The translations under genes were made by a program, and so were the position numbers. A stretch of DNA of 64,000 nt, from NCBI RefSeq assembly GCF_001194135.2, contig NC_068992.1:2999693-3063692 (forward strand), in the 5' to 3' direction. Below, one piece after another: positions 12,241-26,511 of this stretch. The notes beneath the pieces were generated by a model, which made no database searches, had not been told where the DNA came from, and worked only from the letters and a program-made list of their open reading frames with translations. Source of the stretch: Octopus bimaculoides. Taxonomy: Eukaryota. Every line of letters starts with the position of its first letter. The first letter of the stretch is position 1.

Positions 12241-13080
12241 TACTGGTGTCAGTTTAATCTACTGTCCCTCTCCCCAAAGATTTTGGGCCTAGAGTAGAAA
12301 AGATAATCATTATCATTATTTAGTCAAAATTAAAAGAGTGCCATTGTCATATTATTATTATTGTTATTATTATCATTTATTTTTATTATTATTATCATTT
12401 ATTATTATCATTATTATTATTACTATTATTATTATTATTATTATCATTTATTATTTATCATCATCATCATCATCATCACTAAGAGTAGAATCTGAAATCT
12501 TTTATTATAAAAGAAGATTATTCTTGATGAATTACCAAATAAGGTACCTTTTTCAAGTTTTTAATAACAGAAAATACTGGAAGTTTTTCATTAGAATTAA
12601 AATAGGAACAATCCAAAAGAGCAGTTATCTCTTTCTGCTTCTTCACCCTGTTTTATTGGTCTCATTTATTTTGATTTTTATTTTGTTTTGTTTTGTTTTT
12701 TTCTTCTAATGAGCACAACAAGTGAGATGGTGGCTTTTGTTAACAATATTTGATGTTAAATTCTGTGATGTCCAGCCACAATCCATTTGAAATAATTGGT
12801 TGACAGTCTTTTATATTTTCCACCACTGAATACCTGGATCGTCAGAGATAACTGGAATAAATCACTTCGACTTTGTTTGAAAATATTCCAAGAAATGTCT
12901 GATTCTTGGAGTGATATTTCTAAAGTATGATCTCTCCATTTAATATCATAAGGCCCATCATTATACAAGAACTTTGAGAATTTGTTCAGCTGGAGTTAAG
13001 AAAGCTTTAACAGACTACATATAATCCAAAACAATGATTTGCTTTCATCTTTTATAGTGTCAATTATTATTATTATTATT

Positions 13081-13298
13081 AAGGTGGCAAGCTGGTAGAA
13101 TCGTTAGCATGCTGGGCGAAATGCTTAGTGGTATTTCACCTGTTTCTACTGTTCTGAGTTCAAATTCCACTGATGCCGACTTTTCTTTTCATTCCTTTCA
13201 AGGTCAATAAATTGAGTACCAGTGAAACACTGGGGGTGATGTAATTGACTAGTCCCCTCGTCCAAAATTTTAGGCCTTGTGCCTTTAGTAGGAAGAAT
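13081..13298 (+). mobile_element. Nin/Deu-like SINE
   Basis: Full-length homologue of 9792-10007, flanked by (ATT)n. Confidence 0.8.
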
Positions 13299-13420
13299 TA
13301 TTATTATTATTATTTCTAACAAATTATTATCACCATCATTATTGTTTTAATGTCTACCTTTCCATGCTTTCATGGGTTAGACAAAATTATTGTTTTGTTT
13401 TTTTATTCCTTTTCTTTTGT

Positions 13421-13638
13421 TTAACCCTTTAGCAATCAGATTTCTTTGTCAGATGTATTGCTTATTTATTTACATTGTTCTGAATTAATCACACATTATT
13501 TTGTAGCGGCAAGATTTCATTGATGCATTTGCGTATTTTCAGAAAGACATTGTAGAGTAGGTGTGTGAGGTTGGAAATGGTCAAGTTTAGCACAAAACAA
13601 GTTGAATATTCAGGCCAGATTAAACACTAAAAGGTTAA
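13421..13638. mobile_element. piggyBac-type MITE, ~210 bp
   Basis: TTAA-ccctttagc ... actaaaagg-TTAA. Confidence 0.7.
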
Positions 13639-15130
13639 ATAGTTAACTTACTGAAATAATTAAATATTGTTTTAGAAGGATTTTCTTGTTAGCATTTTGA
13701 GTTTAAAACTTTTCTTCTTTTGTTTTTTAGTTTGCAGTAAATAAAATATATAAAATGTCAAAATTAAGCCATTTGTTGAACATTATTGCAGTGTCGTTAA
13801 CATTTCTCACAGTGAGCTGAAAATTAAATATCATTTAATGTTAATTTGGTACGAATTTTAATGAATAATTTTCATATGGTTCTTATTAAGTAGTGATAAA
13901 TATAATAATTATTTTTCATAAACATAATAATTAATACTTCCAGTAAATTGCAATCATCAATATAAGACCATTTATTCTAAGTTTATAAATGAGGAGCAAA
14001 GAATGGTAGTTCTGAGACTGCTTGACTGTATCTTCCTGCATCAGAATGTTTATATATCAATGAAGCCAGATGAAACCTATGTTGTCTTTAATGGTTTTCT
14101 TTGTGAAATTTCTTACATCAGTTTGTGTTTGTTTTACTAACCACAGACTATTGCTGTAGTGTCAACACAAGAACCCCTTATATATGACTGGTATGTTTTT
14201 TATTGACTAATGCTGCTGTCATTTATCAAAATTCACATGTTCCAATTCTCTGATTAGGTATTTTGTGTAAAATAACAATGAATTTCTATTTCTCGTACTT
14301 CTTGTATGATTTTTTGCAAACAACTTCCAGATGTGAGTGCTACCAGCTGAAGGCTCTGGATGCCAACAAGCTTGTGAGGAGATGTGTTCTATTTCAGTGC
14401 CTTTCTCTCAATGGCATCATTGTGCACCGGCCCCCTCACTGGAATGAAGCCCCACTTGCAAGATGAACTGGTTACTAAGTCTCACTCTGTATTCTTCTAG
14501 CTATTTGTTCATCATCTCTTTTTAATCAAACCCAGTGGCTTGCCTTCTCCACTGTTGTCTGGATATCATTTATGGTGGTATTTGCTTTACAACGAGTTAG
14601 GCCAAGCAACAACAGCAATCACCCTACCCCGGGGACCAGTGAATTCTCCACAACCAACTCTCTGATTGGAAAATGCTCTGCTTTCCTCTCTACATCTTCA
14701 CATTCCTTGAGGAGGTTTTTATAATAGTCAGTCTTTCAAGCCTGAGTGGCATCCATGTCATCTCCATGAGGAGCCATTGACTCAATTCGATTTACTACTG
14801 TCTTCCTTTCACACCCTATGATAATATCTGTTTTCTTCATTACTGGAATGGGGGAGAATCCTTGGCACTCTGGTAAATCTGAAGCCACTTCCCAATAGCC
14901 ATTCCAACAGGAAGTTTCTTCATTTGTGTTTATGTATGAATAAAACGTCTGTACAGCTAAATGCCATTAACCTTCACAGAAGGGAATAGAGTGGCTGATA
15001 ATAAATAATGAGACTTCATTATTAGAGGTTTTAATGTTTCAAAGTATTATCAAAGATGGAAAGACTTATCAATAGATAGATATGTGTAAACTGAAAGGTA
15101 GAAAGGTGGATATATATATATATACTCTGT

Positions 15131-15290
15131 AGGGCGGTTGGTGTTAGGAAGGGCATCTAGCCATAAAAAAAACTATGCCAAAACAGACAGTGAAGCTTGG
15201 TGCAATCTTCTGCCTAGCCAGCTCCTGTCAAACCATTCAACCCATGCCAGCATGAAAAGCAGATGTTAAATGATGATGATGATGATGTTG
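15131..15290 (+). mobile_element. RTE-associated retroposon 3' end
   Basis: ggtgttaggaagggcatctagc...catgccagcatgaaaagcagatgttaaa(TGA)n. Confidence 0.75.
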
Positions 15291-15913
15291 ATTATATACA
15301 TAGAAACAGACAGAGGTGAATGTATATATTTAGTACAAGCAAAATAGAACTTAATAATGCATGAGTATATATACATTTTTATAATCTTCAATCAATGGAA
15401 AGTTACGAAAGTGACTCCAGGGCCAAGAGTTCATGCATGGCACTTATCAAACTGATTGCAAATCTGGGATCTTGTTTCTTATATACAATAAATTATAATT
15501 CTTTCTAGAATGGTCAGTTAGAAATCAAAGTTTGAACAGGTCACATGGAGCATGCATCTTTTTCAAATGTTCTACATGCTAAACATAGACTAGTTTTTGA
15601 GAAAGTAAACTGCAGTTCATAAAAATGCATGCACATACACACATATTTCTCTCTCACTCTCTCCCCCCTTTCTCTTCCCCCCTCTGTCCATCTCAACACA
15701 TGCACACACACACAAATATGCATGCCTACACACACACACATATATATGGATATATAGACTATATATAAATTAACTACGGTTATATAAATTAAACTATGGT
15801 TTACCTGCTGCCGTATACCTTTTACCAAGGACTATACCTACTGAGGTAATCACCAGAAGTGCCTTTGGATATATCTATCCCTTAGAGGCTTTAAACACCT
15901 CTAACTTATACCC

Positions 15914-15965
<52 letters not shown>

Positions 15966-16044
15966 CAATTTTCACATACAAATTTAGGTGCATGCATGGC
16001 AGTATAGTTAAGAAATTTGTCTCAGAACCATTTCCACTATGTGA

Positions 16045-17140
16045 CTATTGTTGGCTCCTGTCCAAGCTATAGCCATGGCTATATGATTTGACAGCAGACC
16101 ATTTAATTTCATAGTTGGGAAAGCCTTTGTTCTTAAACTTCAGACATATTTTGGAAGTTTCATTTCTAAGCATGTGCATAAGCTGAATGTCTCTGGATTT
16201 GAATGAGTTTTTAGTAAGGCTTATATAGCATTCTGTGTCATTGTCGTTATTGGTGAAAGCAACACCTTTCCGTTGGCCTTTACTGTATATAAGGCATGTT
16301 CTCATGTTAAGACAGTTACACTGAAGTGAGGAATCATTTGTAAGAAGAGGAGTAATTTCTTCTAAAGAAGAAGTGAAAATATTCATGCTGCTGTAACTTA
16401 CTTTGATGTTATATCTGTTAAAATTTTGTGTTACTTAAGACTACTAGGGAAGTGTTGACTAACTCAGTTTCAAAAGGATCAGGCCAGATTAAATTTGATG
16501 TTCAAACTGAAAGTGGGAATATACCATATCATTTTTCCTGGTATTTCTAGTATTAGGAAATCCTTGTGAAGAAATATACTCTATTCTATCATTAAAGCCA
16601 CTTCTGCTCAGAGCCTCATTGTAAAATATAGCAGCGTGGTTTAAAATCTTTTCATTACATAATATTTTAGAAATCCTTTAATGCTTCTGGGTAAGTTTTT
16701 CAGAATATTAGGTGAATGTATCATATATCTCATTGTTTTCTAGGACTGTAAATGTTAAATGCTAGCTTTAGAATAACATCTAAAAAGCTGACAATACTAG
16801 TTTTAGTTCTCACAATAATCCTTAGGTCAAGACTTCAAAAAATATTAAATCTTGTCAAATTGATAGCCATTTTGCTTCTCTCTGTAAAAATAATTTTATC
16901 ATTGATTGTCACAAATGACTCTATTAACTCTTCCTAATCCACTTTTAGACTGGTAAGTCTGCATTTATTTGATTTATGGTCTTTTAAATTAATCTTGGTG
17001 GTGATGGCTGCTTGAAACTAAGCTTTCAATTTTGTCATCTAATTTAATAACCAATGCTAATTGCTTTGCTTCCGTATTAATATTGTAGTTTGTGTGAGGG
17101 TTAGTTTTCTTTTGGGTTTTTGCAATATCACTAGAAAAGA
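16045..17140 (-). pseudogene. Penelope-like element (Naiad-type) remnant: RT N- and C-terminal parts plus GIY-YIG endonuclease, RT core deleted
   Basis: Ordered motifs across frameshifts: INTEAKQLA..KLDDKIE, KDHKSNKCRL/SKSGLGRV, IVSFLDVILKL, HSPNILKNLPRSI, FYNEALSRSGF, NFNRYNIKVSYSSM, QCNC, ECYISLTKNSFKSR, YEIKWS. Confidence 0.8.
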
Positions 17141-17493
17141 GTAAATGATGCAATTTTCTTGATCTTAGTCCCAGGACTTCTTTTTGTTCTAATGTCAGCT
17201 TTGGCATGGCTTCTACAGCTGGATGCACTTCAGAACAGCAACCACTTTACACTGTTCAGGATGCTTAAGGTTGGGTGTATAACTAACCCTATTCTTAAAT
17301 TAGCTGCTGGTGATGAGTCTTATTGTAGTGCAGGGCCTCAGCATTGAAAAATATTTTTACTTGAAAATAGAAGAAAGGCAGACATTTATTCATACAGCTT
17401 CCTATTATTCAGCCAAAGAAATCAGGAACTTTGTTAAGAGATTCAAACTTTGTGAAGAACAAAATCCTGTCGCCCTTTAGCTTTTACAAGGAT

Positions 17494-18400
17494 CATCATC
17501 ATCATCATCATCATCGTTTAACGTCCGCTTTCCATGCTAGCATGGGTTGGACGATTTGACTGAGGACTGGTGAAACCGGATGGCAACACCAGGCTCCAGT
17601 CTGATTTGGCAGAGTTTCTACAGCTGGATGCCCTTCCTAACGCCAACCACTCAGAGAGTGTAGTGGGTGCTTTTACGTGTCACCCGCACGAAAACGGCCA
17701 CGCTCGAAATGGTGTCTTTTATGTGCCACCCGCACANNNNNNNNNNNNNNNNNNNNNNNNNNNNNNNNNNNNNNNNNNNNNNNNNNNNNNNNNNNNNNNN
17801 NNNNNNNNNNNNNNNNNNNNNNNNNNNNNNNNNNNNNNNNNNNNNNNNNNNNNNNNNNNNNNNNNNNNNNNNNNNNNNNNNNNNNNNNNNNNNNNNNNNN
17901 NNNNNNNNNNNNNNNNNNNNNNNNNNNNNNNNNNNNNNNNNNNNNNNNNNNNNNNNNNNNNNNNNNNNNNNNNNNNNNNNNNNNNNNNNNNNNNNNNNNN
18001 NNNNNNNNNNNNNNNNNNNNNNNNNNNNNNNNNNNNNNNNNNNNNNNNNNNNNNNNNNNNNNNNNNNNNNNNNNNNNNNNNNNNNNNNCACCACCTCAGC
18101 CCAGGTCTTCCTGGGCCTACCTCTTCCACGGGTTCCCTCAACTGTTAGGGTGTGGCACTTTTTCACGCAGCTATCCTCCTCCATTCTCACCACATGTCCA
18201 TACCAGCGCAATCGTCTCTCTTGCACGCCACAACTGATGCTTCTAATGTTCAGCTTTTCTCTCAAGATACTTACACTCTGACGGGTATTCACATTGACAT
18301 TACACATCCAACGGAGCATACTGGCTTCATTCCTTGCGAGCTTACGTATGTCCTCAGCAGTTACAGCCCATGTTTCACTGCCATGTAGCATGGTTGTTCG
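17494..18400 (-). mobile_element. 5'-truncated RTE LINE (young), gap inside
   Basis: Open frame 18089-18400: TMLHGSETWAV...ERRLRWYGHVVRMEEDSCVKKC...EGTRGRGRPRKTWAEVV. 3' UTR and (GAT)n tail at 17494-17736. Confidence 0.95.
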
Positions 18401-19124
18401 TATAGTGCTCTCGAATAGTGCTCTCAAAAACTAGGCACAGCTTCCAGTTTCTGGTTCAATGTAGGACACTATTAAGAATATCCAACTAAAAACAACCAAT
18501 GGTTCCAACAAATTTTGTTTGGAAAATATTTACAAAAATAAATATTGTTGAATTAAGTAATATTTTCCCCTTCATAAAAACTAATGAGGTTGAAAATGTA
18601 TGTATGGTCTCCATTTCTTACTCTGGTTCAAAATGTAATCTTCCTGCTGCTAAGAATTGACATTGTGCTAGTATGATTTAAAATTAACTTAACTATATTT
18701 CACCAAATTATATACCTCTATATCATGAAGTTGTAAATATTCTTAATGATTTCTCAATTACACATAGAATTACAATGGAAGGAAGTTGTGACTGACAAGT
18801 TATATTTTGTCTAAAGACATTCGTTAAAACATTCCAACTTTGAAATGAAATTTGGTTAAGAGATTTGCATTAACCTGCCACAATAACAATGAAAAATGTT
18901 TTGTAAACTAAAACAATTCTATAAGTAGAGCACAAATCATATAAGATTTTTATTGTGGATGTAGCCTAACATTTATCAATGAAAATTAATAAAATATTTG
19001 ACAACGGAATATTCTTTGTATGAATGACACTCAGGAGGCAGTAATTGCCAAAAGCTAGATTAAATTTTAATGAGTTGTTTGTAGTTTTAGAGTTGATTCT
19101 TTTTTCCCTCACTTCTGTTTTATA

Positions 19125-19450
19125 GTTTCCTTATACATACATACATACATACACACATACATGTGTGTATGCATGTATTTATATATATGTGTACATATAT
19201 ATGTATATATATGTATGTATAATATATGTATATATATATGTATGTATGTATAATATATATATGTATATATACATATGTATGATATATGTATATATATATG
19301 TATGTATGTATAATATATATATGTATATATACATATGTATAATATATATATGTATATATATATATATACATATATATATACATATATGCATATGTATATA
19401 CATGTAGATATATATCCATGTATGCATATATATATGTGTGTTTGTGTGTG
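19125..19450. repeat. Compound (TA)/(TG) microsatellite with a 60-bp higher-order duplication
   Basis: 19221-19280 is repeated at 19281-19340 with 1 difference. Confidence 0.9.
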
Positions 19451-20309
19451 CATAATCAAGATAAATGGAGAGATATTGAAATGTTATATAATTACTGAAT
19501 CGACAATAAGTATTTATAACAGATAGCTTTTGTTAATAATTTTTCATTTAAGTTCGAGACAAAAGAAAGCAAAAACAAAACCAAAAAAATCATATTTGTT
19601 TATTCAGCTCCTTTGGAAAGTTTTCCCATTCCAACAAATTAATTTTCCTTGTGTTAATAACAAGGAAAACAATATTTATTGCACAGTTATCAGGGTTTTT
19701 TTGTTTTTTTATTTGTGATGCAAACCATTTATGTAGCAAAATTTACTTGACTACTTTGCTTTCAATTTACTAACTTAAAAGTTACACATTTCTAATGTAT
19801 CATAAATACATGTTCTATTATTCAGTAGAGGATGGTCATATTTGTAAGCCTGACTCACTGGTTGCCTGAAATACATTGTTATTGGACGGTTTCTTTCCTT
19901 TCACTGGAACTCAATAAATATCACCCATCATAATATCTCCCACATCCTGCATGTTTACAATTCCTTCTGGTGGGGAGGATCTTTTAGCTTTTTAAAATCT
20001 ATTAACATTTTCCAATAATTCCTCCAATAAAAACACAGAAGTGATCAAACATTTTTAGACCTGCATAACCAACAAATGAAATAAAACTGTAAAAGCCAAC
20101 GGATTGTTTGCATGAAAAGATTCAATGCATGAAAGTGAGCCACTTGTAAATGTCTGTCACACTGTTTATTTAATAGCTCAACTTGTTATTTCAAATAAAT
20201 CAAATTTATGGGGCTGATTTTCCATCCCCAGTGTATTTTGCTAAAATAACTTATTTCTTTTCTTTAATTAAGTGCATATGTATTTCATAAAATGCAAGAA
20301 AAATATAAT

Positions 20310-20415
20310 TTATCGACCCCGAAAGGATGAAAGGCAAAGTCAACCTCGACAGAATTTGAACTCAGAATGTAAAGACAGATGAAATACTGCTAAGCATTTT
20401 GCCCAGCTTGCCGCC

Positions 20416-20465
<50 letters not shown>

Positions 20466-20610
20466 TCTTTCTACTATAGGCACAAGGCCTGAAATTTGGG
20501 GGAAGGGGATAGTCAATTACATAAACCCCAGTACTTAACTGGTACTTATTTTATTGACCCTGCTAAGCATTTCCATCAGCATGCTAACAATTCTGCCAGC
20601 TTGCTGCCAT
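20310..20610 (-). mobile_element. Two partially deleted Nin/Deu-like SINEs separated by (AAT)n
   Basis: Reverse-complement matches to 9792-10007 at ~20310-20417 and ~20464-20608. Confidence 0.75.
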
Positions 20611-21367
20611 AATAATAATAATAATAATAATAATGATGATGATGATGATGATGGTGATGAACTGACCCTAGAGGATTGAAAAGTGAAGTTAACCTTAGTA
20701 GAGATTGAACTCAAATATAGAGAGATGAGCCTAAATTACCTTAGGGTTATATACAGGTGTAGTGGTTAAAAAGTTCACTAGAGAATCAAATGGTTCTGGG
20801 TTCAGTCTCACTACATGAACATTTTTGGCTAACATTCTATATTAGAACCATGGGTCAGCCGATAGCTTAAGAATGAAATTGGTTGACAGAAACTGAAGAC
20901 ATTTGTCCTCTGTGTGTATGTGTGTGTGTGCACATGCATATTTGTGAGAAGTGAGTTTGTTTTCCCTTCATCTTTACATCTGTTTGCTAACAGTAAACAA
21001 ACAGCCTCACTTTCAATACAGGCAATATAATTTGCTTGCAGCCAACTGGGAAAGCATATTCAGGCTTCTTAACATGTCATGGTGCCCAGTGTTTGTAAAG
21101 ACATAAATAAACATTATGCAACATGTCAGGAAATGTAAAGAAACATGTATTATAACAAAAAAAAAAATATCTTTGTTCAAATAATGCTGTTTGTTTCCAG
21201 TTTATTTTGTAACTGTGTCTGCATTGTTGATTGTTCGATAGATGTGTGGATTGTTGTTTAACTTGGAAACAGGGGAGGCACAGCAACAGGAAGGGTATCT
21301 GGTTGTAGAAAAATAATCTGTCTCAACAGGAGTGGCTGTGTGGTAAGTAGCTTGCTTACCTACCATG

Positions 21368-21530
21368 GTACCAGTGATGTTGTAGCTCATTTCTATAGCT
21401 GAGTGAACTGGAGCAGCATGAAACAAAGTGTCTTGCTCAAGAACACAACTTTCAGCCTGGTCCAGGAATCGAGCTCACTACCTCACAATTGAGAACCCAA
21501 TGCTCTAACCATTAAGCCATGTGCCTTCAC
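21368..21530 (-). mobile_element. tRNA-derived SINE with a V/Meta-like core, following a SINE head at 21327-21365
   Basis: The minus strand reads gtgaaggcacatggcttaatggttagagc...gtgttcttgagcaagacacttt. Confidence 0.7.
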
Positions 21531-22099
21531 TACTGCATATTACTATATACAGCTTACTATATCCTCATTATATTCATACTAAAAAAACAAACATTCTGAT
21601 TCCATTTAGTTTGCCCCACCTCCCACCCATTCCCTTTCTTTGCATTATAGAAAAATGTAAAGAAAGACAATCCCCCCCCCCTTATTATATTGAAACCTAA
21701 TTGATAAAGTAAATAATTGAGGAGTTTTCAGTTATGAGAATGGTGTAGTATTGTGTCTGACTTCTTTTGGGAGAGAAATATTCAATAAGTTTTCAGCTTT
21801 TGGAAAAATCATCACTTTTACTCTTGAAGTCTGGCATTGAATCAAACCAACGAAATACCATGCAATTGGCACAGGATGTTAATTTCGGTATGCTGTAGTT
21901 ATTTAGTTTATTTGTGTGTATGATCAAGTGTTATCACTTTAACCCTTTCATTGCTGTATTTATTTTGAGATACTCTGTGTTTCTTTCAATTACTTTAAAT
22001 ATAACAAAATTTAGGAAAATAACCTGGTTATCGTTAAGCTAGTGTTGGGAACATAAATTGTGATTAAAGTTTGATGGAAGATTTTAATTCAAAACTTTA

Positions 22100-22245
22100 C
22101 GTTTTGAGTTCAAATTCTGCTGTGGTCAACTTTGCCTTTCATCCTTTCGAGATTTATAAAATAAGTACCAGCTGGATACTGGGGGTGATGTAATTGACTT
22201 CCCCCTTCCCCCAAATTGCTGGCATTGTGCCAAAATTTAAAACAA
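22100..22245 (+). mobile_element. Nin/Deu-like SINE, 5'-truncated
   Basis: gagttcaaattctgc..gtcaactttgcctttcatcctttcg..ggcattgtgccaaaattt. Confidence 0.75.
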
Positions 22246-22882
22246 TATAGTAATGATACTCTGGGAGGCAATTTTCAAGGAAAAGTATTTGCTGTTGATT
22301 TTATGGAGAACTCCAACAACTGAATCACCAATTCCCAAAAAACACCAAGTTGACCTTGTCTTTCGTAATGCAAATTGATTTAATGAAACTATTTTTAAAA
22401 AGAAATAAATTGTATAAATTATTATCCTTAAGAAATATAGTATTTGTCTGTAAGCTCACAAAGAATTTATTTTACACTTGTCTGCATTGGAGCCAGAAAA
22501 ATCTAGAATTTTAAACTTCAAAATGCCTTTCATATAAAGAATCTCACCAATTTGCACCCAAAAAAAAGTCTATGATCAGTAATCATGAAATAGCTGAAAA
22601 TCCTAATAAGAGATCAATTGTATTGAACTCATAGTGATTAAATTATTGCAGTTAACACCTTTTCTCGTCTCATTAGCATTTTCCTCATCATCATTTTTCA
22701 GCCTGTTTTTCAATACAAGCATGAATTAGATTAAAAATTTATAACTTTATATTTGTGAATGAGAATATTTTTAGCGTTCAGCAGAGATGTATATATTAAA
22801 ATATAGATATAAAACCAGCATAAATACCTTCAAAACAAGCATTTTAATTTGTTAATTGACTGATAAGAAAACAAAATAACAA

Positions 22883-22933
<51 letters not shown>

Positions 22934-24169
22934 CTATCTATGTATCTGCCAGCCCTTCTCTCTCATTAAATATACATAAATATGAAGGCAGAAAGAAAAT
23001 CTTTTGAGCCTTTTAAAGAGTCGAAATAAAGAACAAATTGTTATTTTTAAGGGATATTTATTGCTTCAGTTTTGTGGGGGTAGAGGATCGTTAAATTTCG
23101 TTAGGCTTGAGGGTATTAATTATATGATGAAATAAACATTGAAATCAGAAAATAAACCATGTGATACAATGAAAGTTTGTGAAGACCATATAATTATTTG
23201 CAACAAGAGCTCTAATTTACAGAAGCAGTAACTAATGCAACCTAAAATGTAATTGCACAAAAACAAAGCTACATTTGATTTTAGTTATTCAAAAGTTGAT
23301 CTTTTAATTCAAAGGACTAAGTTTTCCAGTACTTTCTGCAGTTCCCATCTTGTTCTTGATTGATTATGTTCTTTTGATGTGTTTATTGTTATAATTAAAT
23401 TTGCTTTTAATATCTGCCACATAGTTGCATTAGTTTGAGCTCTTCATTTAATTCCAACAACTGGCCTGTAGATGTCTAATTTTACTTTCCGAATATTGTG
23501 CAGTCATTGCTGCTGCTACTGTGGTGTTGCTATTGCTGCTGCTACTGCTACTACTCCATCTTTTCTTCTACACTGGCACTCATACCCCACCCTGTATTAA
23601 TTAATTATTTTCCCCTCTTTTAAAACACTATTCAACCTCTCTGCCACTAACTTTATCTCATATGTCCCAGCACTTTTATTCACAAAGTGAGTGCCACTGT
23701 GTTTGCAGCTGCACAATTGCACACATACAACTGCAGACCCACACCTTCACTGGTTAATGTCATAAACTCTTGTATGTGGTTTCTTTCAGCAAACTAGTCA
23801 TCACAGTTGTTGTTGCTGTTGTTGTTCCTCTTGTAAAACCAAGTTGATTGAATTACAATTTACACAGCATGAAAGACTTCTTAGTAAAAACACTTTATCC
23901 TGTCCCCTGGAGGGAACATGTAGCTGGCATATTGAATGTAAACTTAATAACCTCCATTAATAAGATTAATACTGAAAGGCCTTTGAGCCAGCCCTGGATG
24001 GGAAGATCCCCACAAGCAAGTCTTAAATCTGGGCTTCTAAGAAATATTAAGTCCTTTCATAGTCTCACTATCATGACTGTCCACTCTCTAATTATGCTGT
24101 CCACTCTCTAATTATGCTTGGAGAGTTTTACTAAATGAAACCAACATACATCATAGTCATTGAGGGTAG

Positions 24170-24201
<32 letters not shown>

Positions 24202-24610
24202 AGGAGGAGAAGGATGATGTATTGATTTCTCTTATTGACATAACACCATTATTCATTAATATATATATACTTCTAATATAGGATAAAAAAATTTTCCAAA
24301 AATTTCATCAAGTGGCCAGCATATTAAAATACCTTTAAAGGTGAAAATTATAAACAATTATAAATAAGGGCAAAAGAAAAATAATTTCTATGCCAACATG
24401 CTGAGAAATAGACTTTAAATTGTCAATCACCACATAAGATATACATCACTATAAATACACATCATGTTGAATCGAGGAACGCAAGGTAACAGAGATAATG
24501 TATTTTCATAGTGATGTATATTTTAATGTGGTGATTGACGATTTAAAGTCTATTTTCTCAGCATATTGGCATAGAAATCTGTTTTCTTTTGCCCTTATTT
24601 ATAATTGTCC

Positions 24611-24648
<38 letters not shown>

Positions 24649-24837
24649 TATATGTAGGTTTAGTAAGATTTCGTCCATTTTTACTTTCTGAGCTCAAATT
24701 CCACCAAGGCCAACTTTGCTGCCTTTTATTCTTTCAGGCTCAATAGAACAAGTACGAGCTGTACACTGGGGTTGATGTAATTGATTTACTCTCTCCCTTG
24801 AACTGGCTGGCCTTGTGCAAAAATTTGAAACCAAAAT

Positions 24838-24886
<49 letters not shown>

Positions 24887-25399
24887 TTTGGTGATGCAAA
24901 CAGGAAAAATAGAAATCAAAACATTAGTATATATATTTTTATTAATATTTAGCAGAAGCTACACATGAAATTCTTGGACCTTGATTCACTTTGTTGCTTC
25001 TGCTAAATATTAATAAAAATAACATATATATATATATAAATATAGATGAGTTGATTGAACCAAACCCATTAATTGACTACTTTTATCATTTCTTGTGGGG
25101 TGAACGGCCAAATCAATTTGAACTCAGAAGAGCAAGTTTAAATGATGCAAGTCTAGTGATCCACTATTTTCACCAGTCTGCTTTCTCCAGGCGATGTCTT
25201 ATTAACAACATCCAAATTGCTCTTTAAACAGAAGAGTAATCAACTCCCATAAGAGTATAATAGAGTCTTGTCCACAACCATTAGATACTCCTGTCAGCAT
25301 CTAAATGCCAAAACTAAAAAGAAATTCATTGAAGACAAGAAAAATCTAGAGAGGAAGAGGCCTATAAGCATCTTTCCTACTGGATCTCCCTATAATCTC

Positions 25400-25610
25400 A
25401 ATCATTTGTGAACTGCTCTGTCTGTGTGTCATCAAAATGTTGTATCTATTTTCTACTTGATAAATCTCTCACTTTTTCTTTGCACAGTCTCCAGCTGTCG
25501 TTCAACATTTTCGGTCAGTGTACAGGTCTCCTATCCACAACTCGTTGCTGGCATCATGCACTGGTTGATCATCTTTTTATCAAGGTAGTTAGACACTGTT
25601 GATCTTCCTA
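25400..25610 (-). pseudogene. Old RTE LINE fragment
   Basis: KKMINQCMMPATSCG*ETCTLTENVERQLETVQRKSER resembles the RTE motif YNQCILP..TYG.ETW.LT...QR.MER. Confidence 0.6.
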
Positions 25611-26438
25611 CTTTGACTTTTCTATTTCTTTTAAATATGTACTCTTTAGCGTAAAACCAATTCTTCTTCTTCTTGGCTTCTACAGCGGCCAAATATATTT
25701 ATCTTTCAAGTTCACACAGTAAATACTGACTTTCTATCATGTTTTTATTCCTCTCAGATCAACGACCCTATCATTATAGAGAATAGCTTGAAGTGTTATT
25801 TGTTTATTTCTTTTACTTGCCTTCATTTCAAATGTAGCAACAATTTTATTTGTGCAAAGTTGCAACCTTTGAAAGAGACTTCCTAATAATGGCAATACTA
25901 GTGATTGCCGCAGATACAAATATTTCATAACGACGGAAACGTTTGTAATTGTAGCAGCCAGAAATATTTCAAAACCACGTCAAGTTTAGTGTCTTTACCC
26001 AGAATCGTTATAAATCTGAAGTGTTTATTAAAGAAAAGTTTTGGGGAAAAGATAACAGATTTAAAATAGGTTACTATGGTAATGGATGCAATATATCTTG
26101 TTGCCTAGACAGCATTTGTATCATTTGTGAGGACAGGTTTTCAACAATTTGCTCAAACGTTCAGAGAGTAAAATAACATGGCCAGTTCCAGAGATGAACT
26201 GTCAACTAAGATTAAATTTTACAATTCTAAAACTCTACATGTTTAACAAATATCATGTATACATATGTAAATTATTTACATTATTTACATTTGACGGATA
26301 TTTGTCCTCATCTTGTTTGTTGTTAACACGTTTTGGCTGATATACCCTCCAGCCTTCATCAGGTGTCTTGGGGAAATTTCGAACCTGGGTTCTCATTCCT
26401 AAGGTATTTTTCGATGATATTATCATTATTATTATTCA

Positions 26439-26511
26439 GGTCACTGTCTGAAATTGAATACGGAATCTTGGGGTTAGTAGCCCGTGCTCTTAACCATTAT
26501 GCCATATGCCC
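26439..26511 (-). mobile_element. tRNA-Arg-like SINE head (not a functional tRNA)
   Basis: GGGCATATGGCATAATGGTTAAGAGCACGGGCTACTAACCCCAAGATTCCGTATTCAATTTCAGACAGTGACC aligns by eye with eukaryotic tRNA-Arg(ACG). The acceptor stem cannot pair. Confidence 0.7.

Noticed and set aside
25488-25585. Apparent plus-strand exon with a good acceptor and donor
   Set aside because: The minus strand encodes an RTE RT remnant, which explains the open frames.
26439-26511. Possible tRNA gene with an ACT anticodon loop
   Set aside because: The acceptor stem cannot pair and the T-arm is degenerate. It is the head of a repeated SINE-like element.
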